Assembly (NCBI GenBank): GCA_015064505.1
Contig: SVSB01000001.1
Span: 56,826 to 120,825 of the forward strand
Length of the DNA: 64,000 nt
From: Oscillospiraceae bacterium
Lineage (GTDB): Bacteria > Bacillota > Clostridia > Oscillospirales > CAG-272
Direction: 5' to 3'
The position numbers and the translations under genes are program-made. The notes beneath the pieces are model-generated. The model saw only the letters and a program-made list of their open reading frames with translations, ran no database searches and was not told the origin of the DNA. Below, piece after piece: positions 1 through 8,630 of this stretch (its first letter is position 1; every line of letters begins with the position of its first letter).

Positions 1-1697
1 GGTCCGAGGTGGGCAGCTCGTACGTTCTCTCCGACGGCACGCAGGCATTCCTGCCCAACAAGGCGTATCAGGTAGATATCCGCATCAAGGCAAAGACGGG
101 ATATGAATTTGCCACTGATTCTTTCGGCATCGTTTCCACGGCTGTCACCGTCAACGGTAAGAGCGCATCCGTCTCCGGAAACAAGAACGAAATTCTCATT
201 ACCTGCGAGTTCCCCGCTACGGGTAACCTGGCCATTGGCAAGATAGGAGTTACGGACATTGAACTACCCGCCGAGGAAAGCACCCCCGATTACAACGTAA
301 CTTACTTAAACGTCAACTACGGCGCCGCCAATTACAACAACGCAACCACGAAGAACGGTATTTCCTGGTACAACGAAACTGATAGCAAGGTCATGTCCAC
401 CACCGACAAGTTTGAGGCAGGCAAGACCTATACTGTGCAGATCACGATCTGGACCAACGAGGGCTATGAGTTCCTATATGATTTGGGCGAGGTAAACGTG
501 GACGGTACCGTCAACGGCGAGAAGGCCGAGGTAAGCTCGCGCCACAACGAGGAAGTTACGCTTTCCTACAGCTTTCCGAAGGTAGTTAAGCACAAGCACT
601 CTCCCATAAAGGTGGACGAAGTGAAAGCAACCTGTAAGGAAGAAGGCAAAAAGGCGTATTACTACTGTTCCGAATGCGGCAAGATCTTCGAGGATAGCAA
701 GTGTACCATCGATATCTACGACGTCAACACTTGGGGAACGATCGAAAAGCTTGAGCATACCGGCGGCAAGGCGACCTGCGACACCCGTGCGATCTGCAAA
801 AACTGCGGTGAATACTACGGCGATCTTGCGGAACACAACTTCGGAAGCACGTGGGATTATAAGGACGCATTGGGCCACGCACACAAATGTAAGGTTTGCG
901 GCGTCATCGATACCGTTATTCCTCACGGCGGAGGAACCGCAAAGTGCGGAGAACTGGCAAAATGCGCAGAGTGCAAGACCGAATACGGCGAAGTGATGCA
1001 GCATCAGTGGAGCAAAACTCCCGAATACACCGATTCCAAGGGACACGCATATATATGCACCGTTTGCGGCGATCACGACGATATCGTGAAGCACTCTCCC
1101 GGCCCGGAGGCAACCGAGACCTCCTCCCAAAACTGCACCGTGTGCAATTACGTGATCACTCCCGCAAAGCAGCATAAGCACACCCTTACCAAGGTTGAAA
1201 AGACCGATGCCACCTGCACGACAGCAGGCCAAGAACAGCACTACGTCTGCGACGGATGCGGCAAGCTTTTCAGCGACAGCAAGGGAAACACGGAGATCAC
1301 GGACAAGGACAGTCTGGTCATCCCCGCCACAGGTCACAAGGATTCCGCGTGGAAGTCCGATGCTGACGTGCATTGGAAAGAATGCACCGTTAAGGGCTGC
1401 GGTGAGCTGACCGTAGAAAAAGGATCACACGAATTCAACAAGGCAGGCAAATGTACCGTTTGCGGATACGTTTCCGAAGATGAAACCGACGAGCCCAAGA
1501 CAACGGACAGCGCCGCCGAAGACGATACGACCGTCCCCGACGAACCCGATGATACCACGGAAGTAAATGACCCCGCAGACGATAACGAAAGCAACGCGGT
1601 AATGTGGATCGTTCTTATTGCTTCCGGTGTATTAGCCGTTGCTTGTATCGCTATCGTTGCAATAGTGCTCGTGAAAAAGAATAAGAAAAAATCATGA
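1..1697 (+). CDS. 5'-truncated cell-surface protein with Cys/His-rich (HxH..TC..G..CxxC) repeats, acidic linker and C-terminal membrane anchor
   Basis: Frame is open to the window edge. Repeated ATC/CxxCG/H modules, D/E/T/P-rich linker (EPDDTT), hydrophobic helix followed by KKNKKKS. Confidence 0.8.
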   Translation, partial: SEVGSSYVLSDGTQAFLPNKAYQVDIRIKAKTGYEFATDSFGIVSTAVTVNGKSASVSGNKNEILITCEFPATGNLAIGKIGVTDIELPAEESTPDYNVTYLNVNYGAANYNNATTKNGISWYNETDSKVMSTTDKFEAGKTYTVQITIWTNEGYEFLYDLGEVNVDGTVNGEKAEVSSRHNEEVTLSYSFPKVVKHKHSPIKVDEVKATCKEEGKKAYYYCSECGKIFEDSKCTIDIYDVNTWGTIEKLEHTGGKATCDTRAICKNCGEYYGDLAEHNFGSTWDYKDALGHAHKCKVCGVIDTVIPHGGGTAKCGELAKCAECKTEYGEVMQHQWSKTPEYTDSKGHAYICTVCGDHDDIVKHSPGPEATETSSQNCTVCNYVITPAKQHKHTLTKVEKTDATCTTAGQEQHYVCDGCGKLFSDSKGNTEITDKDSLVIPATGHKDSAWKSDADVHWKECTVKGCGELTVEKGSHEFNKAGKCTVCGYVSEDETDEPKTTDSAAEDDTTVPDEPDDTTEVNDPADDNESNAVMWIVLIASGVLAVACIAIVAIVLVKKNKKKS

Positions 1698-1714
1698 AAC
1701 CGCGAGGTGAACCC

Positions 1715-2281
1715 ATGAAATGGCTTTTCCTCGGGCTTGGAGTCGCATTTGCCGCCCTGATCTGCGGCATCGCGGCATTCCGCCGAAACCTTCCCGAAAA
1801 AACCAGCGAAGATATAGACGGCGGCGTTGTCAAACGCTACCGGACCGATATGCCGAAGGTAATTGAATCTACCGAAATCGTGAGCTTCCAATGCGTGATC
1901 TCTTTGATTGCCGCGTGTGAAGCAGAAGGCTTGGGACACCGCGTATATAAGCTTGCCGCCGAAGTGCGTGACGGCGAGGTGCTTGTAAAATACGATTGGC
2001 GTGAGCGCGGCGGCAAAAGCGACAGGGCTGAATATACGGCTGAGGCGGATTTTATGGTGCGCCTGCAAAAAATCGTTTCCGATTACGATCTTGCAAGTCA
2101 AAACGGATATTACCATAACGTCAGCGGTCTGCCCGATATGTACGGAGGAAGTTTGGATATCGTATACGCCACCGACGAACGAATTCATATCCACGATAAC
2201 CAGAGTGGGATTCTGCCGCCCGAAGCCGAAAGGGAGCTTATTTTGCTGTTCGGCGCGGCAACGAAGCTTGAACGCGAATGA
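1715..2281 (+). CDS. Hypothetical protein with N-terminal membrane anchor
   Basis: GAGGTG RBS before ATG 1715; N-terminal hydrophobic stretch WLFLGLGVAFAALICGIAAF. Confidence 0.7.
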   Translation: MKWLFLGLGVAFAALICGIAAFRRNLPEKTSEDIDGGVVKRYRTDMPKVIESTEIVSFQCVISLIAACEAEGLGHRVYKLAAEVRDGEVLVKYDWRERGGKSDRAEYTAEADFMVRLQKIVSDYDLASQNGYYHNVSGLPDMYGGSLDIVYATDERIHIHDNQSGILPPEAERELILLFGAATKLERE

Positions 2282-2297
2282 ATAAGGAGGAATCTGA

Positions 2298-2861
2298 ATG
2301 TCAATTTTTGATAAACTGAAGAAAAACGTACAAACTGCGGTGAGATCTGCCGCAACGGCTGCTTTTGCAAGCGAGGAGACCTTCACGTTTGCGGCACTTC
2401 CCGAAAGTCTTGCCGAGATGAAGGCATTGCCGGAAGCATCCCTTGCCAGCCCCTTTGCAACGGCGGCTCTTACCGTTTGCGCGCTGTGCGCGTATGCTGC
2501 AGATAAGTCCATCGGCACGGAAATGCTCAATTATCTGCGCGGTCCCCGTCCGCTGTCCAATCACGATATCTCTTTCCTGAACGATCGCTTCAGCGAAGTG
2601 CGCTACGTTCCCTTCTCCTACTTCAAGGGTGCCGTTCCCGCCAACGATTACACGCCCGACACACCCTTTACCGTCACCGTCACAAGCGGTCCCTATTCCG
2701 ACGCAAACGAAGGCTATAAGAAGCTCTATATAAAAAGCGGCGGCGCTGACAGCCCGCGCGAGATAGTCCTGAGAAGGCTTGGGGACGGAAGATGGATGCT
2801 GTGGGATCAGTTTCTGCTTGTGAGCATCCGCAAGTCGGGATCCGACGATCCGTGGGCGTGA
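2298..2861 (+). CDS. Conserved hypothetical protein (DUF6935-like)
   Basis: AGGAGG RBS. Motifs LRGPRPLS, SYFKGAxPxNDY, GADSPR and C-terminal DPWA recalled from a clostridial DUF family. Confidence 0.65.
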   Translation: MSIFDKLKKNVQTAVRSAATAAFASEETFTFAALPESLAEMKALPEASLASPFATAALTVCALCAYAADKSIGTEMLNYLRGPRPLSNHDISFLNDRFSEVRYVPFSYFKGAVPANDYTPDTPFTVTVTSGPYSDANEGYKKLYIKSGGADSPREIVLRRLGDGRWMLWDQFLLVSIRKSGSDDPWA

Positions 2862-3331
2862 GAATACGGATACTGACGGCCGTTATGATATTTACTGCGC
2901 TGTTTGGTTTGTTCGGATGCAACGGAGGGGGCAAAAAGACGGTCACTTCCGTAGAGGCGGTGACGCTCGTCCTGCAAACGATGCGAGGGAGCTGCGTATA
3001 CAAGGTTGAGGGCAACGGAGACGCAAAGGAGCTGAGGCGATATCGGGAAATCTACCGCAGCGAAGCAGTGGAGCTTGTGCTTGAGCTGAGCGTTCCCTGC
3101 GATGCGCAAAAGCTGACCGAGCTTATGAATGCCTGCGGTATCCTTCGTTGGGACGGCTTTCACGGCAAGCATCCAAAAAACGTCTCCGACGGAACCTCGT
3201 TCCGCTTTGAAGCCACGGTAAACGGCGGACAGACGATCCGCGCTGAAGGTTCTGCGAATTTCCCCAAAGGCTACAACGAATTTGTCAGCGCTCTGAATGC
3301 GATGCTTGCAGAGCACGAAAAGACCGAATAA
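2858..3331 (+). CDS. Putative lipoprotein
   Basis: GTG start overlaps the upstream TGA (GTGA); signal peptide ending in lipobox LFGC. Confidence 0.7.
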   Translation: MRIRILTAVMIFTALFGLFGCNGGGKKTVTSVEAVTLVLQTMRGSCVYKVEGNGDAKELRRYREIYRSEAVELVLELSVPCDAQKLTELMNACGILRWDGFHGKHPKNVSDGTSFRFEATVNGGQTIRAEGSANFPKGYNEFVSALNAMLAEHEKTE

Positions 3332-3403
3332 CGGAGCTGCGGCAACGGGTAATTTCTGCTCAAATGCGGAAAGCCGCGCAAGTAACGAATAAAATACGGA
3401 AGC

Positions 3404-3468
3404 GGGGAACCTCGGTTCCCCCCTTCTCAAAGTCCTTCTCTCCCAATGAGAGGAGGACTTTGAGAAGG
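3404..3468. repeat. Two adjacent intergenic hairpins (8-bp and 21-bp stems)
   Basis: GGGGAACC-tc-GGTTCCCC, then CCTTCTCAAAGTCCTTCTCTC-ccaat-GAGAGGAGGACTTTGAGAAGG (one G.T pair). Confidence 0.7.
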
Positions 3469-3515
3469 AAAATTCTTCAAAGCAAACACAAATCACAAAT
3501 AAGGGGGCATATACG

Positions 3516-3950
3516 ATGCGTTATGTTGGAAAATGGGTCTTTCACTCCATTGGAGCGGTGACGGATGCCGATGAACCGGTATATCTTAATGCCGAGGAGT
3601 ATCTGAAATCTCCAATGCCGTATATCGACGAAACGGATGAAGAAGCGGTTGCAGGCGAGCTTCGGGAGAGAAAATCCATGATCGGAATGCAAATAGAGAT
3701 CTGCGAGGACGGAAAGCTGTACACGCTGATGCCTCTTCCCGAAGGCGTTACCAAAGAGGAGGTCGATGCAGCCGTTGCCGCCGGTGAGATAATGCTGCGA
3801 GGAGGCATGATGACTAACGGTCCCGCATCGTGGGAGGAACGGGACGGCGTGCTGTGGTATACCACCGAGCTCAGCGAGGACGGGTGGACGAGAGGCTCGG
3901 ACGACGGCTTTGTTTTCTTCATGACCGTACGGTTTGCAAAAGCCGAATGA
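3516..3950 (+). CDS. Hypothetical protein (acidic)
   Basis: AAGGGGG RBS, 144-aa ORF co-oriented with its neighbours. Confidence 0.7.
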   Translation: MRYVGKWVFHSIGAVTDADEPVYLNAEEYLKSPMPYIDETDEEAVAGELRERKSMIGMQIEICEDGKLYTLMPLPEGVTKEEVDAAVAAGEIMLRGGMMTNGPASWEERDGVLWYTTELSEDGWTRGSDDGFVFFMTVRFAKAE

Positions 3951-3965
3951 TCAAGGTGGCGGCTT

Positions 3966-4391
3966 ATGAGTGTTTTCGATACCAAAAAATTCCGCGTGAC
4001 GGTGCCTGAGGGCTGGATGGCGTTCTGCGGCACCGACAGCGGCGGAAAAACCACACCTAAGAAGGTACATATTTATAAAGGGATATCCCTTCAAACGGAT
4101 ATTTTTACCCACGCGGGCATTACGGTCTGCTACTTCGGTAAGGAGGACCCTTACCTTTCACCGAAGAGCTTTTACGAAAACGTTACGGATATGGAGCCGC
4201 TCTCCCTCGGACCGTATATCTGGAACGGATATACCTGCACGAGTATCGGATATCCGTATACGATGTTAGACGCAAAAAAGGACGGATGCGTCCTTCAGGT
4301 AATGATCCTCATGAAAAACGGAGATCATGAAATCTCACTTAACGATGCGGACGTGAGACTCATAATCGGGAGTCTTGCGCTGTCTGAATAA
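3966..4391 (+). CDS. Hypothetical protein
   Basis: AAGGTGG RBS, 141-aa ORF 15 bp after the previous stop. Confidence 0.7.
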   Translation: MSVFDTKKFRVTVPEGWMAFCGTDSGGKTTPKKVHIYKGISLQTDIFTHAGITVCYFGKEDPYLSPKSFYENVTDMEPLSLGPYIWNGYTCTSIGYPYTMLDAKKDGCVLQVMILMKNGDHEISLNDADVRLIIGSLALSE

Positions 4392-4498
4392 CGTCTTTTA
4401 AAACACACGGACGAGGAGTGAGGGTTTTTGCGGTTTTGCGGTAACACAGATCTCCCTGCGGCGGAAAAGCCCAACGGGAGTTACGGAAGGAGAACAAA

Positions 4499-7400
4499 AT
4501 GAATCAGAAAATGAGAAGAATATGGAGTATACTGCTCTGCTTTTTGCTGTTGATCGGAATATTTCCGAGATATACACAGCATAACGAATTTCACAGTCTT
4601 GCCGAGCTGGAATTATCTTTCGACGGTCACGACGGTCACGGTCACGAAGATCACGGTCACGACGGTCACGGTCACGAGGATCACGATCACGAAGGTCACG
4701 GTCACGGTGATCAAGACGACCACGACCGTGAGGAGCTTGATTCCCGCGCTGCGTTCGATCTGTTATCGGTTTTCGAGGATATTCTTGAGTTTTCGCTGTC
4801 ACTTTTTGCAACGCCCGTATACGCCGCCTACGAGGACGGCGTGGAGTGCGAATACTGCGGCGGCTGGCGTTACGACGATTGGAAATGTGACAACGGCGAC
4901 CACTGCGGCGAGGGTGCCGACGGCGACTGCTACGAGGAGCATCACTGCGGATACTGCGGTGCCTGCGAGGATGATAACGAGCTGTGCGACGATTGCGGCA
5001 ACTGTCTTGACGAATGCTGCGAGTGCGACGAAAAGTGCCGCGGATGCTATTCAACGAGCGGCGACGTGTGCGACGTATGTGGAGAAAAATGCACGGAATG
5101 TGTGGATTTCATCTGCGATGACTGCGGCATCTGTGCCGATTGTGCGGGCAACGACCTGTACTGCTCCGAATGTATGCTGTGTATCGGCTGTGCCGATTGG
5201 ATATGCTACTGCGGCGGTGGCTGCTCGGAATGCACAACGGGCTGCGAGCAATGCTATGAAAAGTGCATGGTCTGTGCAGAAGACGAGATCTGTGGCGACT
5301 GCGGAACCTGCTTTGACTGTCTCGGCGGTGACGGTAACTACTGCTCTGAATGTCTGCTGTGTAAATTCTGTGTTGAATACATATGTGAATGCGGCAGAGG
5401 CTGTTCCGAATGTGTACTGATCTGTGAGCAATGCCAGGAAAAGTGCGAGCAATGCGCCGACGGCGGAATTTGCCAGGACTGCGGTGTTTGTTTTGACTGC
5501 GTGGGCGGTGACGGCAACTTCTGTCAGAACTGTGAGCTTTGCAAATTCTGCGTTGAATACATCTGCACCGGCTGCGGTGAGGGTTGCTCGGAATGTGCCA
5601 TAATCTGTTCGGAATGCGGCGAGAAGTGCGAAAGCTGTGCGGACGACGAGCTGTGCGGCGAGTGCGGGGTATGCTTTGCTTGCCGCGGAGGAGAGGGTAA
5701 TTACTGTTCTGACTGCGGTTTATGCAAAATGTGCGTGGATTACGTCTGCGCCTGCGGAAACGGATGCTCGGAGTGCTCCTACGTATGCCCCGAATGCGGC
5801 GAAAAATGTTCAGCCTGCGCCGAGGAAGAGATCTGCATAGAATGCGGTACCTGCTTTGACTGCGTGGGCGGTGAGGGCAACTTCTGTTCCTCATGCGGCT
5901 ACTGTAAAAACTGCGTCGACTACATCTGCTACTGCGGCGAAGGATGCTCGGAATGCGCTATTATCTGCGTGGCGTGTAACGAAAAATGTGAAAAATGCGC
6001 CGATGACGAGCTGTGCGCCGATTGCGAGCGCTGTTTTGATTGCGCAGGCGGCGACTTCTGTGCCGAATGCGGCTTATGCGGTGAATGCGTTGAGGTTCTG
6101 TGCGCCTGCGGCAACGGATGTAATAATTGTGCAGAAGTGATCTGCGAGAGCTGCGGTGAAAAATGCTCAAACTGTGCCGAGGATGAGCTGTGCACGGAAT
6201 GCGGCACCTGCCGCGATTGCGTGGGCGGCGACGGCAACTTCTGCGACACCTGCTCAATTTGTAAAAACTGCGTGGATTATATCTGCGTGGGATGCAGCGA
6301 GGGCTGCTCCAATTGCGCGGAGATCTGTCCCGAGTGCGGCGAAAAATGCGAAAACTGCGCAGCGGATGAGCTTTGTGCAGACTGCGGCGTCTGCCGCGAC
6401 TGCGTGGGCGGCGACGGCAACTTCTGCGACACCTGCTCTCTCTGCAAAAACTGCGTGGACTACGTCTGCTCCGAGTGCGGTCAGGGCTGCTCCAATTGCG
6501 CGGAGGTCTGTCCCGAGTGCGGTGAAAAATGTAATCAATGCGCAAACGACGAGATGTGCTCGGATTGCGGAATCTGCGTGGATTGTGTCGGTGCGGAGAA
6601 TTTTTGCGTGATGTGCTCACTCTGCCATGAATGCGTGGAGGCGGTGTGCGCCTGCGGAGAGGGCTGCTCCAACTGTGCCACCGTATGCTCGGATTGTAAC
6701 GAAAAATGCTCTAACTGCTCCGACGGTGAGGTGTGCACGGAATGCGGCAAGTGCGTTGACTGTGCGGGTGCGGACAGCTTCTGCATAAACTGCGGACTCT
6801 GCTCGGACTGCGGCGTTATCTGCCCTTGCGGCGAGGGATGCGAAAACTGTGCGGATCTCTGCCCTGACTGCGGCGAAAAATGCTCCAACTGCACGGACGA
6901 ATTCTGTGTGTCCTGCGATATTTGCCGTGAATGTGCGGAGGATATCTTCTGCGAGGATTGTTATCAGTGCGGCGAATGCACGGAAATATGCGATGACTGC
7001 GGCACCGTCTGTGCCGACTGTGCCGAGAGCGTGTGCGAGGAGTGCGGCAAATGCTCCGGATGTATTGATGAATTCTGTCCCGACTGCGGCGTCTGCATTG
7101 ACTGTGCCGACAGCATGTGCCGCGACTGCTATTACTGCGGCGACTGTACCGATAACATCTGCGTTGACTGCGGTGAATACTGCTCCGACTGTGCCGAGTT
7201 CTGCGCGGAGTGCGAAAAATGCGAGAACTGCGTGGAGATATGCCCCGATTGCGGGCTGTGCGAGGATTGCTGTGCAGAAGCTGCGGCGGAATTCGGTTGC
7301 AGCCACGGTATCTGCCCCGAAAGTGACGCCTGGAAAAGCCATTACTGCGCCGAGGGCGGTCACTGCGTCGGCAAATCAAGCAAGCTTGAGCACGATAAGG

Positions 7401-8509
7401 ACGAACACTGGACGGCCTGCGGCGAGGGATGCAATATCAGGCTGAATTCCGAATTGCATACCTATGGCGAAGGCAAAATCACGAAGGAAGCAACGAAAAC
7501 TGCTGACGGCGTAATGGAATTCACCTGTTCCGTCTGCGGCTTTGTAACGGAAAAAGCTATTCCGAAGCTGACAGGCGGACATACACACGAATATACCTCC
7601 GTTGTAAACAAACCCACCTGTGAATCGGGCGGATATACGACGCATACCTGCGAGTGCGGCCATACTTATACGGATGCGTATACGCCTGCCGTAAAGCACA
7701 ATTACGTTCACAAGCATACCGAATCCGAGCACTGGCAGGAATGTGAATACTGCCACGCTACCACCGAAAAGGCGGCTCACAAGCTGGGAGCCTGGATAAC
7801 CGTTGTGAAGGCGGGCTTCACCTTTGAGGGTGAAAAAGAGCGCAAATGCAACGTATGTGAATATGCGATCAAAGAGGCTATTCCCAAGCTCACCGTTCCC
7901 GGCGAAAAAGTGGTTATCGTTATCCTGGATTATGACAAGTACGTGCCTTCTACCGACGGCGGTACTTCTGCTCCCGATAGCGGAACGTCTGCTCCCGACG
8001 GTTCGGGTGAAATCGGCTCGGATGTTACCACGGAGCTCCCAAGCGGCGGCGATTCAACGCCCGGGGGAAACACTCCCACAACCAAGGAGCTTCTGACCAA
8101 AGGCGAAGAAAACACCGTTCCCGCACTTCCCACCCTTCCCCCGACAGAGGATGGTAATATTTTTGAGGGATGGATAAACAAAGCAACGGGCGAACCGGTC
8201 AAGAAAGGCGATAAGATCAGCGAAAACATTGAGATCGTGCCTGTGTGGAAGGATTGCGGCGAGGGCAATCATAAGGATGCCAATAAAGATAACGGCTGTG
8301 ATGCTTGCGGATATATTCTCGTGAAGTCCTCAGAGCCCGACGATACAACCGCACCCGACAGCGATAAAAACGATGAACAGAAGGGCGAAGATCCGTCGCC
8401 TGATAAAAACGGCTTCCCCACCTGGGTGATCGTTCTCGTTTCCTGCTTTGGCGGAGTGATCGGCGTGTGCGGCGTTATACTTGCGGTCGTTCTGCGAAAA
8501 AAGAAATAA
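4499..8509 (+). CDS. Giant cysteine-rich, membrane-anchored surface protein (His-rich N-terminus, about 50 CxxC-x(2-3)-CxxC modules, H/C repeats, InlB B-repeat-like segment, C-terminal TM)
   Basis: AAGGAG RBS; 1336-aa ORF; N-terminal hydrophobic segment; ~60-aa, 16-Cys repeat units; C-terminal TM followed by RKKK. Confidence 0.9.
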   Translation: MNQKMRRIWSILLCFLLLIGIFPRYTQHNEFHSLAELELSFDGHDGHGHEDHGHDGHGHEDHDHEGHGHGDQDDHDREELDSRAAFDLLSVFEDILEFSLSLFATPVYAAYEDGVECEYCGGWRYDDWKCDNGDHCGEGADGDCYEEHHCGYCGACEDDNELCDDCGNCLDECCECDEKCRGCYSTSGDVCDVCGEKCTECVDFICDDCGICADCAGNDLYCSECMLCIGCADWICYCGGGCSECTTGCEQCYEKCMVCAEDEICGDCGTCFDCLGGDGNYCSECLLCKFCVEYICECGRGCSECVLICEQCQEKCEQCADGGICQDCGVCFDCVGGDGNFCQNCELCKFCVEYICTGCGEGCSECAIICSECGEKCESCADDELCGECGVCFACRGGEGNYCSDCGLCKMCVDYVCACGNGCSECSYVCPECGEKCSACAEEEICIECGTCFDCVGGEGNFCSSCGYCKNCVDYICYCGEGCSECAIICVACNEKCEKCADDELCADCERCFDCAGGDFCAECGLCGECVEVLCACGNGCNNCAEVICESCGEKCSNCAEDELCTECGTCRDCVGGDGNFCDTCSICKNCVDYICVGCSEGCSNCAEICPECGEKCENCAADELCADCGVCRDCVGGDGNFCDTCSLCKNCVDYVCSECGQGCSNCAEVCPECGEKCNQCANDEMCSDCGICVDCVGAENFCVMCSLCHECVEAVCACGEGCSNCATVCSDCNEKCSNCSDGEVCTECGKCVDCAGADSFCINCGLCSDCGVICPCGEGCENCADLCPDCGEKCSNCTDEFCVSCDICRECAEDIFCEDCYQCGECTEICDDCGTVCADCAESVCEECGKCSGCIDEFCPDCGVCIDCADSMCRDCYYCGDCTDNICVDCGEYCSDCAEFCAECEKCENCVEICPDCGLCEDCCAEAAAEFGCSHGICPESDAWKSHYCAEGGHCVGKSSKLEHDKDEHWTACGEGCNIRLNSELHTYGEGKITKEATKTADGVMEFTCSVCGFVTEKAIPKLTGGHTHEYTSVVNKPTCESGGYTTHTCECGHTYTDAYTPAVKHNYVHKHTESEHWQECEYCHATTEKAAHKLGAWITVVKAGFTFEGEKERKCNVCEYAIKEAIPKLTVPGEKVVIVILDYDKYVPSTDGGTSAPDSGTSAPDGSGEIGSDVTTELPSGGDSTPGGNTPTTKELLTKGEENTVPALPTLPPTEDGNIFEGWINKATGEPVKKGDKISENIEIVPVWKDCGEGNHKDANKDNGCDACGYILVKSSEPDDTTAPDSDKNDEQKGEDPSPDKNGFPTWVIVLVSCFGGVIGVCGVILAVVLRKKK
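4631..4720 (+). repeat. Three copies of a 30-bp coding repeat encoding His-rich DGHGHEDHGH
   Basis: gacggtcacggtcacgaagatcacggtcac and two degenerate copies in tandem. Confidence 0.85.
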
Positions 8510-8553
8510 AGGCAGACTGCTTATATCCGTGATCAAAGCGGAGACTGAATAAG

Positions 8554-8593
8554 AAACCGCCCGGAATTCCGAAGAAGAATTCCGGGCGGTTTT
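8554..8593. terminator. Probable bidirectional intrinsic terminator
   Basis: AAACCGCCCGGAATTC-loop-GAATTCCGGGCGGTTTT between convergent genes. Confidence 0.8.
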
Positions 8594-8630
8594 CGTTGTC
8601 CTGACGATCTCGTATGAGCTACCGTGATCT

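Noticed and set aside
4441-4484. Hairpin (GTAAC..CTCCC..GGGAGTTAC) just upstream of the Cys-rich gene RBS as a riboswitch
   Set aside because: No recognisable aptamer consensus; the stem is short and bulged and could be chance.
4847-7273. Multiheme cytochrome or classical polyferredoxin call for the Cys-rich protein
   Set aside because: CxxCH occurs only sporadically and the spacing is not CxxCxxCxxxCP; no cytochrome c maturation genes in the window.
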